NCBI RefSeq assembly: GCF_006345805.1
Contig: NC_042998.1
Coordinates: forward strand, 124,806,001-124,870,000
DNA length: 64,000 bases
Source: Octopus sinensis
Lineage: Eukaryota
Reading direction: 5' to 3'
Shown here: positions 24,541 to 37,099 of the stretch, one piece after another
Numbering within the stretch: the first letter of the stretch is position 1
Layout: each line of letters opens with the position of its first letter
Notes under the pieces: generated by a model
The model's database searches: none
The model's input: only the letters and a program-made list of their open reading frames with translations
What the model was told of the DNA's origin: nothing
Position numbers and translations under genes: made by a program

Positions 24541-26229
24541 AGATATCTCTTCTGTAAAGTTGTATTAATTTAATAAAACAGCAAACAGATAAGCACTAAT
24601 GAACACATATGATAAACAACCGAGACTATCCCTACAAATACAATGTGCAATCAATACTTATAGGTAGAATTGTGCTTTTCATGATTTCATGTAATTATCC
24701 TTAAAGTAGTTAAAATCTTATTTTGGTATAGTATATCTTTTATAAATGCAAATATTTATTTAGGTATAGTATTTTTGTAACGATATATTTTGGTAGCGAA
24801 TCATTCAATAGTAGTCATTATCTAAATAACAAATCTCCTCTACGTAGTATTCTGCTATTTTATTTCAATATAATGCGTAAATAGACGACACAAATAAGTA
24901 GTCACGAATAAGTACTACACAATTCAACAAGTTCGTATAATGAAGATCATTAATCTTTTTGTGGGAAATTTAGTTAAACTTTCGATAATAGAGATTAATT
25001 GAAAGGAAGAGTGACAGTAGAAAGGAATGAGAGACAAAAGAATCGTAGAGCGGTAGGAGAAATGTTGCAAATTACTAATAAGTGACTCTTGTCTAAAACG
25101 TTATTTAAAGTTAATAAACTGCATGCAAAGCATTTGTAAAATTATCTAAATGAGTAAAATGTAGTAATATAGTTCATATTTCTGAACTGCAGATGTGGTT
25201 GATTCGTGCTTTCAAATGTATCATTTGATTTGCTGACAGCGGAAAATCTGACGAAAACCCATCCAAATAAAAATATTTTACTGGAAACAATGACTGCATT
25301 GTTTGCATTTAAAGATCGGTGAGAATACCAAGACAGTAGCTTGCTGATTCTTAATGTATTTATATTGTACATTGAATTTCTTCTAAGATGATATCTCTGC
25401 TGGTGTTGACTACTCTTTTGAAGCTCATCATGGTCGAGAGAATAATTATATGTTGTATAATGGAACTCGTTCAATAGCCGCTACCACCTTCCCTGCAAAA
25501 CTTTCTTGCCTCCTTTCAAAGAAAGGTTAGTACGACATAATAATAGCGACAGTTATGATTTTTCAGAATTACTAGGCTAGATTCTTTATAGATACTTTAT
25601 AAACTTCTGAAGTTTAAATTGCAGCAGAATTAACTTTATATAATTTCTGAGTCGTTTAACTGGTAGTGATTAACCATGGAGTCGATCCAATCGATAATAC
25701 TCACGAGCTTGAAAAGTGTTGGGTTTCGCGCCTCTTTAAAGAAAGTTATGTTAAGAAAGATGATGACAAGCATTGTCATGTAGCATTCAGTTTTTACATG
25801 ATCACAACTCAGTTCTGATTTTTTTGTTTTATTTAATTTAATATAATTTTCATAGGGAGTGCCCCAGTCTCCCCTACACTTCTAAAAATACTCATAACAT
25901 ATTCTGAAGTAAGAAAAAATTGTCTTCTGTAATTTTATCGGATGCTGCAGTGTATATTTACCAATTGTACTGGATACGGTGGGTTAACTATATGAATAGG
26001 AAAATGGATTTGATCTTCTTTGTAGTCTTCCCATATTCACCAACAAAACTGCATCAAAGGATAATGAAAACTTTGACTGGCAGCGAGAAAAGGGGAAAAG
26101 CAATAATTTCTTCTTTTTCTTGAACACAAAGCCTTGAGAAAAGACATGCTCTTTGTATGCCCATATCAACAGCATAAAAGGCTCTAAACTGCAATTCAAA
26201 GCACTGATCCAACTGCATTTTTCTAATTA

Positions 26230-27260
26230 TCTATTGTTTGTAAACCAGGTACTGCCGATAATGCAAATCAATGAAATCGCAGACATCAATGAACATTTCA
26301 TTCGGCATCTGTGCTCATTCTCTTTCAATGACCGCCTCAATTCGTTGACTGTTGCTGTTTTGTACCGTAAACTTTATCGTTTAGGTATTTCCATGGAAAA
26401 ATCAAGTGGTGTGATGAACGATGAACGTGGATAGTATCCTGCAAGACGTCTTCCTCCAATTCATTTATTTAGCAAAATATCATCAATACTATAGTATCAG
26501 TGAGGTGTCCCATCTTGCCAGAAATAAAACTCGACATTTTCACTGTCATCTTGAATGGTTGGTTTGATAAATTGCCGTAGCATGCTCAAGTATGTGGAAT
26601 CAGTCACAGCAAGGGCAAAAACGAATGATCTAATTAATCCTTTGGAAAAGTCACACCATATTGCAACTTCCGTAAATTAATATGACCTTTCTCCATAACA
26701 TAGCGATTGTAAGGTCCTCAGTATGTGCAACTGTGGCGGTTAATTGAGCTATGTAATTTAAATGTAAACCGCATCACTTCAATCATTGAATTTGTATTTT
26801 GCTAAATACCACACACCCCAAAACTTTACTCTTCCGTCCAAATCATAGAGAGCATGGACTATTTTGAAATGAAAATTTTCCTAAAGACACCGCTTCAAAA
26901 CGTGATGATCGCTTGATTTTATAATTCATATCGCATGACTAATTTGTCGCAGAGAATTTCATCAACTCTGGCAATACGTTTTTAGAGCCCTATCTTTAGT
27001 GTCCTTTCTTGCTTTGCAGGTCTTGTCGATGTCCGTGGTCTTCCGGGGGAAGAGTGTCTTGTGGACATTTTCAACCGTTCCATCTGCTACAAATTCATCT
27101 CTTATTCGAATGAGGGTAAACCGTGTAGGTGGATCTTTATGAAGATTCCTACTAAAATATCTTTGCACTTCGACTGTTTTTCAACTTCCAGTAGAAACTT
27201 CGAATAAGTTTCGAAGGGCTTTCTAGTTTTAGTACATAGCATAAGCGAACTTATTAAATA
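26230..27260 (-). pseudogene. Decayed Tc1/mariner-superfamily transposase of the DUF4817 (maT/rosa-like) type
   Basis: N-terminal QRYFSR...PPTRFTLIRIRDEF..DGTV; middle F.LHSSINRHSC; C-terminal MLRQFIKP...YFWQDG.PH...ITPLDF; many disruptions. Confidence 0.7.
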
Positions 27261-27354
27261 TTTTAATTATCGCTGCTTAATGTATCACAATCAAATTTAC
27301 TCTTGCTTGGCAAATATTTTGTGTGTGTGTGTGCGTATGTGTATCTTTTATCTT

Positions 27355-27513
27355 ATATTTTTTACTTGTATCAGTCATTAGATTGCGGTCATGGGGCACC
27401 GTCTTGAATAATTTTTAGTCGAATAAATCGATCCCCGTACTTTAAGCCTGGCACTTAACGATCATCCTTTCTTACAGAACCGTTAAGTTACGGGACGTAA
27501 ATACACCAGCACT
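27355..27513 (-). mobile_element. SINE family A, 3' half
   Basis: tttacttgtatcagtcattagattgcggtcatgg...gttaagttacgggacgtaa. Confidence 0.8.
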
Positions 27514-27660
27514 ATACTGGTCACCTTTAATTAACTAAAATCAAACTCCAGCAGCATTACATGTGGTTTTTAATTGATTGTGTTGGCGTCTCCCTTCTGT
27601 TGTTTTACCAAAAATAGTTAATAATATAATGACGTTTCTCTTCATTAAAGGTAATTTACA

Positions 27661-27830
27661 AGGCAGCGAGTTGGCAGTTTCGTTAGCGCACCGGAAGAAA
27701 TGCTTAGCTACGTTCTGAGTTCCAATTCCACTGAGGTCGACTTTACCTTTCATCCTTTTGAGGTCGATAAAATAAGTACCACTTGAACATCTGGGTCGAT
27801 GTAATCGAATCATCCCCTCTGGAATTGGAC
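27661..27830 (+). mobile_element. SINE family B
   Basis: aggcagcgagttggcag...gaggtcgactttacctttcatccttttgaggtcgataaaataagtacc. Confidence 0.85.
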
Positions 27831-28367
27831 AGCTGGAATTGAAGCATTACTGTGCCAGCACCTGTACTTCTAGCAAGGAGTCCAGTCTCCTGCTTTCCCA
27901 TCAGATACTTAAACTTCTCCACATGTCTCAGTACTGTTCCACTAACATGTAGAATGCGCTGGGAAAACTTTTTGAGAGGACTAAATGTCTCAGTCTTGGC
28001 AAAGAATTTAAAAAATATGACATGACAGTTAATTAAAATGAAAAACAGCAGGGGCTGAGGATTTTCCTCGATATTTATCAATATTTTTCTACATATTTTT
28101 ATTTTATCTTTTTACTTATTATTATATCCTACCAATATTCTTTATTTTTCCTACTTTGTCTTCAGTTTTACTTTATTTTTATTTTATCATTTTTTCTTAC
28201 TTTATTGTATCTGTCTTCATCTTTGGCTAGCACATCAATTGGTACTTTTTGAACTATTTACCATTCCTCTAAATTAGTAGCTCCCCGTTGCTATGATTTC
28301 TTTTCCTTTCATTTCAATTGACATGTTTTTCAATATTTTTCAATGTTTCAGTGCTTTTTTGCAATAT

Positions 28368-28427
<60 letters not shown>

Positions 28428-28429
<2 letters not shown>

Positions 28430-28483
28430 CGCTCGTCTGACTCCAGATCAGAAGGCATCTAGTCCGAATCACGTCGGGGGTCA
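28428..28483 (+). tRNA. tRNA-Trp(CCA) 5'-truncated pseudogene fragment
   Basis: Anticodon arm TCTGA-CTCCAGA-TCAGA (28436-28452) and 3' end AATCACGTCGGGGGTCA match eukaryotic tRNA-Trp; the T arm is mutated and the 5' acceptor/D region is replaced by (TA)n. Confidence 0.85.
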
Positions 28484-28523
28484 TGAGTTATTTTATACTA
28501 TTTTCCCGATGATTCATATTTAA

Positions 28524-28669
28524 CCCTTTGAGCCCTGACCTCCTGAACCTTATTTGACCATATACCTTGCACTCCACCGGTGCTCCACCGGCAGAGATAC
28601 GGTATAGGTGCTACGGTATAGAGAAATATAAGCCATCCTCCGGTAAACCGGTGTTACGGGCTCAAAGGT
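28524..28669. mobile_element. piggyBac-type MITE, 146 bp
   Basis: TTAA-CCCTTTGAGCCC ... GGGCTCAAAGGT-TTAA: 12-bp TIR with 1 terminal mismatch and a TTAA TSD (28520-28523, 28670-28673). Confidence 0.85.
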
Positions 28670-28718
28670 TTAATGTTACCTGTTTTCCTTTTTAACAACG
28701 GTGACCCCGGCATGCCCG

Positions 28719-28810
<92 letters not shown>

Positions 28811-29002
28811 ATATTACTATCGTGTTTGAAAACAGAGGGATCTAGCGGATAATATTTAATATTTTGCAATATTTTATATAATATATTCACTGAAGAAATA
28901 TCTCTTCAAAACGCCAAAACGCAATATATTAAACCAGTGTATCTTGGATAAAAATATCCTTATAAGAGGTCTAAATATCCTCATTGTAACTATATATATA
29001 TA

Positions 29003-29405
29003 TATTCTGCTATTGTTTTTAGTCATTTGACTGCGGCTATGCTGGAGCACCACCTTAAAAGGTTTTTAAGTCGAAGAAGTCTCTCCCAGGACTTCTTCTT
29101 TGTAAGCTTAGTACTTATTCCATAGGTTTTTTTATCTATAGAATCCCTAAGTTACGGGGACTTAAACACACCAACATCCGTTATCAAGCGATGGTGGTGA
29201 GGGACAAACATCCACACATAGACACACATACATAAATATATACATATATATGCGACATGCTTCTTACAGTTATTGTCTACCAAAGCCACTCACAAGGTTT
29301 TCGTTGACTGGAGGCTATAGTAGAAGACACTTGCCTAAGGTGGGACTGAACCGGGAAGCATGTGGTTGGGAAGCAAGCCTCTTACCACACAGCCAGCTTG
29401 CGCCC
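29003..29405 (-). mobile_element. SINE family A, near full length
   Basis: Colinear with 7131-7527. Confidence 0.9.
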
Positions 29406-29466
29406 ATATATACATATATATATATATATATATATGTCTTCATGATTGAATAAATATGTATGTATG

Positions 29467-29559
<93 letters not shown>

Positions 29560-29726
29560 GTATGTATGTATGTATATAATACATACATTATAGTTGAAAC
29601 GGTAGTTGTGGAGCCATTGCAGATTTCCGATGCAGCAAATATATAATTGTTAAACAGGACAGTAAACATTAAGGCAAAGTAAACATCTCAAGTCGTGTAC
29701 AATATTATTATAGGAAGAAATTGAAA

Positions 29727-29782
29727 ATCTTACAGCTGTTTCTGGGGTATTCCCGAGTATGAGATATTCCGTCATCAGAAAC
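29727..29782 (-). ncRNA. Type I hammerhead ribozyme motif (core intact, stem II weakened)
   Basis: GUUU CUGAUGA [CGGAAUAUCUCAUACUCGGGAAUACCCCA] GAAA CAGCUGU A AGAU; palindromic stem III ACAGCUGU; GUA cleavage triplet. Confidence 0.7.
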
Positions 29783-30057
29783 AAATAGGAAGAAATGAGA
29801 ATGGTGTATATTAATGAGATGGCGACAGAGAGGAAGGGAGCAAAAGAATAAGCATAAAGACCTACGTTCATGGATCTACGCATGATTGCACCTAAGGATA
29901 CATGGTCTGGTTCCTTTAACTTCGAAAAGTCCGACTATGAACTTTTATGCTTCTTTAGTCTTCCTTCTTTCCATCTCATTATTATTTTACTACCTTCCTC
30001 CAAATCACCATATCATTAATATATACCAGTCTCATTTTCCCAATTTTTTTCCCATTT

Positions 30058-30113
30058 GTCTCTGATGATGGAATATCCCATACTCGGGGATATCCCAGAG
30101 ACAGCAGTAAGAA
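30058..30113 (+). ncRNA. Type I hammerhead motif, inverted partner of 29727-29782, with GAAA>GAGA core mutation
   Basis: GUCU CUGAUGA UGGAAUAUCCC-AUACUCG-GGGAUAUCCCA GAGA CAGCAGU A AGAA; stem II has 10 of 11 pairs. Confidence 0.65.
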
Positions 30114-30364
30114 TTTGCTCCCCTGAATTATATATATATAATAATAATAATAATAAATATTAGGGAATAAATCCAAACTTACAGGGAAAAATCAGATTTA
30201 GGATTGAATCCAATTTTATAGTAAAATATTATATTATATTAAATTAGAGACAAAACCACTATTAGGCAAATCATACAAGGAAAAACTTAAGCCAATACAT
30301 AAGATTATTTAATTTATATTATTTAAATATATAACAAAATTATTAAAAAGATATAATTAATATA

Positions 30365-30430
30365 TCACTACGATCGTTTCATGGCTGTTAATTTCTTTAA
30401 ATTTTCAAGTCACAGTCATTCATCAGGTGG
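30365..30430 (-). ncRNA. Type I hammerhead ribozyme motif (left arm of palindrome)
   Basis: CCAC CUGAUGA AUGACUGU-23 nt-ACAGCCAU GAAA CGAUCGU A GUG; palindromic stem III ACGAUCGU; GUA triplet; stem II has 7 of 8 pairs. Confidence 0.75.
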
Positions 30431-30490
30431 TTTAAATATTTATCTTGGCGAGGTTTAAACAATTAAACCTCGCCAAGATAAATATTTAAA

Positions 30491-30556
30491 CCACCTGATG
30501 AATGACTGTGACTTGAAAATTTAAAGAAATTAACAGCCATGAAACGATTGTAGTGA
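30491..30556 (+). ncRNA. Type I hammerhead ribozyme motif (right arm of palindrome)
   Basis: Mirror copy of 30365-30430 with stem III ACGAUUGU (G-U wobble). Confidence 0.7.
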
Positions 30557-30688
30557 TATATTAATCATATCTTTTTAATAATTTTGTTATATATTTAAAT
30601 AATATAAATTAAATAATCTTATGTATTGGCTTAAGTTTTTCATTGTATGATTTGCCTAATAGTGGTTTTGTCTCTAATTTAATGTAAT

Positions 30689-30779
<91 letters not shown>

Positions 30780-30819
30780 CTGCCCCTATGTATGCTGTGA
30801 AGTATTCCAATGCTGTATT

Positions 30820-30958
30820 ACTTGTTGCATTCATCTGACTGCGGCCATGCTGGAGCACCGCACTTAGTCGAGTAAATCGACCCCAGAACTTATTCTTTGT
30901 AAGCCTAGTACGTATTCTATCGGTCACTTACGCTGAACTGCTAAGTTACGGGGACGTA
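30820..30958 (-). mobile_element. SINE family A 3' half; its head reappears at ~32443-32500 beyond the Tc1
   Basis: gactgcggccatgctggagcaccg...aagttacggggacgta stops at the Tc1 TIR; ccgggaccatgtgtttggtaagcaagctacttaccacacggccactcc resumes after it. Confidence 0.8.
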
Positions 30959-32411
30959 AGTTATGGATGATTTAGTGATTTACTACAAAACCCATGGCGG
31001 CCAAAATGATCAGAACGGTTAAAAAAATAACAAGATAATCAAAAAGGACAGAGAATACTGGAATTATTTAATATTTAATGTGAAGCCCTTTAGCTTCAAT
31101 CACACTCTGACATCTTCGACTGAATGAGGAAATCAAATTTTCAATTTCTTGCTGAGTGATCTTATTCCATTCTTCCTGAAAGGCATTCCATAATTGCTCA
31201 GTTGTTTTAGGATTTCTGGCTTTCGAACGTTCTCCTAGAATATTCCACACATTTTCAATAGGATTGAGATCTGGGCTTTGAGCAGGCCAATCCATAACAA
31301 TAACCTTTTCAACCTTGAGGAAGTTCATGACCACCTTAGCCTTGTGACATGGGGCATTGTCCTGCATGAATATGAGTGGTCGCTTAGTTGAATTTCTCAG
31401 CACAGGCAAGACATGATCTTTTACAAGTTATTTATAAACTCCTGCATTTACCTTTTCATATAATCGCACCACAGGGCCCACACCATCTCCAGATATCATA
31501 CCCCAAACCATGACACTTCCTCCACCGAATTTAACACTAGTTTTAAGGCATTTAGGCGACAATTTTTCACCTACTTTTCTCCGAACGTACCTTTTCCCAT
31601 CTGAGCCAAATAACATAGACTTAGATTCATCACTGAAATGCACCGTTTGCCATTTTTCTTGAGACCACAACACATGTTCGGTTGCAAAGGTAAGACGACA
31701 CTTTTTATTCTTGGAGCTGATCAGTGGCTTCATTGCAGGTGCTCTTGCTTGTAGGTCATGTTCAACTAAACGATGAGACACAGTTTTTCGAGATAAAGTT
31801 TTCTTCAATACAATACTCATTTTCCGAGAAACAGCAGCAGCAGTTTTAAATCTGTCCTTTTTAACCAACTTTACCATAGCACGATCTTCTCTCTTGGTCG
31901 TTTTTCTTGGCCTACCTGTAAACTTTCTTGCTTCACACGAACCACAATCATCGAAGACCTTAAGAATACCGTGAACAACACTTTTTGACTTGTTAACAAT
32001 ATTTGCAATAGATCCAATACTTAAATTATCCTTCCTTCGAAGCTTAATTATCTGCTGACGAATTGGTAACGGAGTAAGTGGCATTATATTAACAGAGTAC
32101 ACTGCAAATATTCTTACTAATGTTTAGTAAATGAACCGTCACGTAAACAAATTCAAAATATTAGAGTTCGCCGGTTAAATATACTAAAACACGGAGTAAA
32201 AGCAACCGTTCTGATCATTTTGGCCGCCATGGGTTTTGCAGTAAATCACTAAATCGTCCATAACTTTTGTATTATCCTCTCAAATTACACCAAAATCTCA
32301 GGCAATAACACATAATATCGTATTTATTGTCTGTGAATTTATAGAATATAAAACAACTTTGATAAAAAATTATATCTACTTTTCTGACGAAAACAATGCC
32401 GTTCTGAACTG
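30959..32411 (-). mobile_element. Tc1 transposon with long IR-DR-type TIR; left TIR truncated
   Basis: 62-bp inverted repeat at 30959-31020 and 32204-32265 (2 mismatches); the right end appears to extend to CCGTTCTGAACTG|TA at 32411, repeating the inner CCGTTCTGA motif. Confidence 0.85.
31068..32102 (-). pseudogene. Tc1 DD34E transposase with a single in-frame premature stop (31428-31430)
   Basis: The 224-aa and 113-aa ORFs are in the same frame, joined by TAA plus 6 codons; HTH, GRPRK, FSDES, KFGGGSVMVWG, QDNAPCH and DLNPIEN are present, with 34 residues between the second D and the E. Confidence 0.95.
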
Positions 32412-33742
32412 TATATGTATGTGTGTGTGTGTGTGTGTGTGTGACTGTACCCGGGACCATGTGTTTGGTAAGCAAGCTACTTACCACACGGCCACTCCTA
32501 TAGCCATATATATATATAATAATATAAATAATATATAAATATATGCATATATATATACATATATGTACATACCTACATATATATTTATATATACATGCAT
32601 ATATGTGTACAGGACATCAAAACAACGTTGAACAGAATGAGAACCGAAAACATAAAAGCAAAAACATAGAGACGAACTCTTTTCGAACAACGAAAAAAGC
32701 AAACAGAGAAATGAGATATACAACATAGAGAATATTCCCCTTCTTCAGTTGTCCCTGTTTCATCTACTCCGCCTTTTCGAAGGTAAGGACAAGACGCGAC
32801 TCCGTTGAAACAATCCTTCCCGCAAAGCAATTTAAATAAAATTTGGGACTTTTTTGCGGAGGGTGAAAGTAATAACAAAAACAGGACAGTGAGAAGAAAA
32901 CAGTAAAAACAAACGTTGAGGGCTGTTAAGTCTAGACGATAGAGAAATTCTGAACGCTAGGAGGACGAGCTTATGAAGGAGACAGTATAAGCATGTTGTT
33001 GTCTTTAAGAAAGTAGTAGTCAGAAAGATAGAGATTCTCTTTCGTCATGCGTCAGCGACGAGAGAGTCGAGGAGGAGGAGTGAGAGGGAACGGTGAAAAG
33101 GAGAGAAGAATAACAGGGAAGGGTGGGAGAAAAAACCAGAAAGGATGAAGAACAAGAGAGGGAGAGAAGTAGACAGAGAAGAGATAGTAAAGATAGAAGA
33201 GTGCGCATCGTAATCCCTTATATATCTTTATGGCACCATCTAAATTTTGCTTACTCATTAGTAACATAACTGCAAACTACACATTTTAAACCATCCCTTT
33301 AAATCAGCGTGCCTGCTGTTATTCATTTTATTTCTCGTGCCATTTTTTATAATTTTATTAATTCATTCAGTTATTTCTACCCACAAATGTCACTGGTTCC
33401 AAAGTTCATTCATATACTCATCTGCTATGTATTTATTGAATTTTTCAACTGTATCCTTTGACCATTCGAATGACCACCCACCGTATTTTATTCTCTCCCA
33501 TGAATATATTCCTTTCATTTCCTCCTCTTCGATTGGTTGTTTTATGTGTTCTTTTTTCCTTCTTTCTTTTCATCTGTTCCCTTTTCTTTTCTTTTCTGTT
33601 TCTTTCTTCCCCTTTACTATATTTTTCTCCACCGCCACACCCTCTGACAAGAAACTTATAGATGATATGCAAACCCCATCATTTTTCAGTCTTAACTTGC
33701 CTAGACCCAACCAAACTAAAATATTACTATGTACTTTTCCTA

Positions 33743-33827
33743 ATGGCTGACTTTGCCTTTCATCCTTTCGAAGACGATAAAATAAGTACTATTTAAGAAA
33801 CGGGATCAATGTAATCGATTAGCTCCC
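33743..33827 (+). mobile_element. SINE family B body fragment
   Basis: gactttgcctttcatcctttcgaagacgataaaataagtac. Confidence 0.7.
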
Positions 33828-35864
33828 TTTATTGTAAAACGAATTAATGTTTACTACGTTACTGAGTACGCTTTTCCCCGATAATCAACACTAAATAGAC
33901 ACATATATGGACGCATGTACAAGAATTATGACACAATATATACACAAATACACACATGAATATTCAGTGAAATATAGAACCTCACCCTCCATAATTGATT
34001 TTTGTGACCCTTACACAAACCCTTATATGTACACATACACACTGACATGTTTGCATGCATTGTGATTATAGCTCTTAAATAGTAAATTGTTAAACATATT
34101 ATGATCTTAGCTAAAACGCCGAGACGCGGCATTTTGACAGACAAGAAATTGAAGATTTTAAATTGTTTTTGTAAGAGCAAAATTACAGACCGTATTCCGA
34201 AATAGTCGATTACACTTTAGCTCGAAATTTCATAGCCTGAGGATGACTGCCTATGCACTTTTGTGTTTGTGTGTGTGTGTGAAGGAGTGCGTGCGCGTGT
34301 GTTTAAATGTGTGCATATATATGTAATATATTTGTAGACATTGTGCATATATATATATTTGCTTACATGCATATGTACACACGCTTATACATGTATGTAC
34401 GTACGTACGTTAAATGTGTATGTATTTTCATATAGACACTCACTCAAAACATACACTCAAAAATATATTTGTGTTTTTACCCTCTTTTCTAGAGACATAA
34501 AAAATTTTAATAACTTTGAACATCAATAGTTAATTACAATTCATGAATTATATATCACACTTTCCACATATTCCGGAGGCGAAACTTCGCACCTAAATAT
34601 ATTCGTTGTGGGAATCTTAGCAATTAAAATTTCTCTTCTGCTCAATTCAGTCCCCAACAAATGAGGACACATGATAGTACTTTGATTATTTTCTTTTTTA
34701 TACTCTATGCAGTCATTATATTTTTGTTTTGCTTTACTTCTTATTCTTTGTTTAGAATAATTCTAATAAATTTTATAGATTGCTATCATTTTGAGTTTAA
34801 TTAATATTCACTAATGAAGTATTAATTGGTTATTTAAAAATCATAGTTTGAATTTAAAGCAAAAATTAGATTGATTTTCTTTGATAAATTTATTGCTTTG
34901 TTTCAGCTCTTTCTAATGGCAATATCAAAGCAAATTGTTACGATTTCACCTTGAGGAAGATGAGAGCTTTATTCTAACTTCCATGGTTTTCCGTCACATA
35001 ATTCGTTTATTGTTCCTAGAAGTTTAATGCAAAACAAATAATATTTTAAATTAGCTAACCATTTAAATTAACAATTGCACTGCTAAAGGAAACTTAATCG
35101 TTTGTGATAAAATTATTTTAGCCTTGATCTTCTGTCATAACTTTGTTCTCTTCTAAGATGTTTTAGAGCAATAGTAAAACAATACAACTATTTGACTAAT
35201 ACTTTATTTTATCGCTTCAATCCATGCGAAGGATGGAAAATATGCAGAACACGAATTCAAAATACAAAGGTTCGTAACAAAATATATCAAGAATCTTAGT
35301 GCTTTATTGTTTCTTTTTAAAGTCAAAGAGTACTGTTTTATTGCATCACATACGTGTGCTTTCGTACAGTCATTCTTATTTTCATAAGTCATAATTTAAG
35401 CAAGTCGTTTCCCATTTTTATTCCTAGTCAACTAACATTATTTTACATAAGAAGCACAGGATGCGTTGAAAAATGCAGACCCTGATAAACAAAAGAGGAA
35501 ATGGTAAAGGCTGAGCTTCGAATTATTATATACCTGCTCGAACTCGGTTGGCCAAGGGGTAAAAATGAACCAGTATTATAAGATTCGAATGAATATGAGA
35601 GTATCTACGAGGTCGTTCGGCTTGATGTTTTTATTCATTACATGTTCTGTCATAAAGAAATGCCATCTTGGAAAATGTAGCCCTAGGTATACAAAAAGAC
35701 GAAATGGTTAGAAAACAAATATATTTCATCACATGTCTGGTGAATGAGTGTTGATCTAGGGCTAAACTACAGTAGTGTACTATTCATTGACAATAAAAAG
35801 CAAAGGCCATCGAGTAGCCATTCACTATACACAAACTATGACCAATGTTAATCTATTTTTATAC

Positions 35865-36045
35865 GGCTGTAAGCTAACGGAATAGTTACCGCGATGGGCA
35901 AAAGGTTAAGTTGCATCTCTTCCGGCTCTTTGTGTTTTGAATTCAAATTTTGCTGAGTTCAACTTTGCCTTTCATCCTTTGGAGTCGATAAAATAAAGTA
36001 CCGCCTCGGTTCAAAATTGCTGTCTTTTTGCCAAAATTAATAAAA
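35865..36045 (+). mobile_element. SINE family B, degraded
   Basis: gaattcaaattttgctgagttcaactttgcctttcatcctttggagtcgataaaataaagta. Confidence 0.7.
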
Positions 36046-37099
36046 ACATTTATTCTTCAAAAGAGAAATTTGCCCTGGTCATTTTTCACAGAGAAACTTC
36101 AGCATTGTTTCTTGGATTTAACTATGCTATCTTAAGTTGTTTTCATAAACCAACGATAAATATTTACGTGACCGTTCATCGCACTAGAAACATCAGCCAA
36201 TCTCTATCAATTTAAATGTTAACTCCTTAAATAAAGAAAGGACAAATTTGATAATGTAGACTGACATATTCCGAAGTGACAAAATAGTCACAGATAGAAT
36301 ACACTCAGAGTTGATCTGTGGTTAAACAAGCTGTTTAACTTAATGTCGTTAGAGAAAGCGTTCGTGTTATTTTAGGTTCACGCAATCAGGATCATATAGA
36401 TATTAGTACAATTTTGTATCATGAAGATATGCATGCATACTAATGGTCATTAACTTATTTTCTCCTACAAAACCACGTTATTATAGTATATCTTGCATTA
36501 TTATTGTATATATTGACAAAAGATTCTAATTAGTAGCACAAAATCATAATAGCAGTCATATTAGTGTTTCTACGTATTCATTTGCAACGCTCATAAATGG
36601 TGCGACTAGTTTTAAAACCGTGACAATTCCGCCTTATTTTTTCGCAATTTATAGTCAGAACTTCATTATATATTATATTAAGCTATTTTTGAAATATAGA
36701 ATGCTATTTAAAGAAGGTTTACCTTCTAGCTACCTATAGCAAACACTGCCGTTTAGAGACATTGCAACTTCATCAATGTATTATCAGAAGAATCCATTTT
36801 TCTCATTTATACATTTAAACTGGGGTCCCTGCAGTTAGGGTATCATACATCTACAACAGAGAAATACTAACCCGTCCAGAGTTTCAAGCGCACGGAAAGT
36901 ATAGTGTAGTTAGGAACAGTTGGGAGTCTCCTGTCTTGTACAAGGATGAGTCCCATGTTGATGTGCTGAATATTGTACATTCGGCACAATGATTAGTTTT
37001 GATGTAGTTTATAATTCCTACTTGGAACACATCGGCTCTGAGCTTGTTCGTTCTCTTTCTGAGTGTAAACTTTAGAGCAACATGCAATTCCTCATTTTG

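Larger units (their letters stand above)
30231..30690. repeat. 460-bp near-perfect palindrome (228-bp arms, 4-nt loop ACAA), probably a fold-back of a PLE terminus
   Basis: Arms 30231-30458 and 30463-30690; about 4 mismatches counted by eye. Confidence 0.95.

Noticed and set aside
25142-25474. 110-aa minus-strand ORF
   Set aside because: No recognisable motif; length is compatible with chance
35553-35685. Minus-strand segment with a good acceptor and a CAG|GTATAT donor
   Set aside because: Stops in all three frames; could only be non-coding and cannot be supported without RNA data
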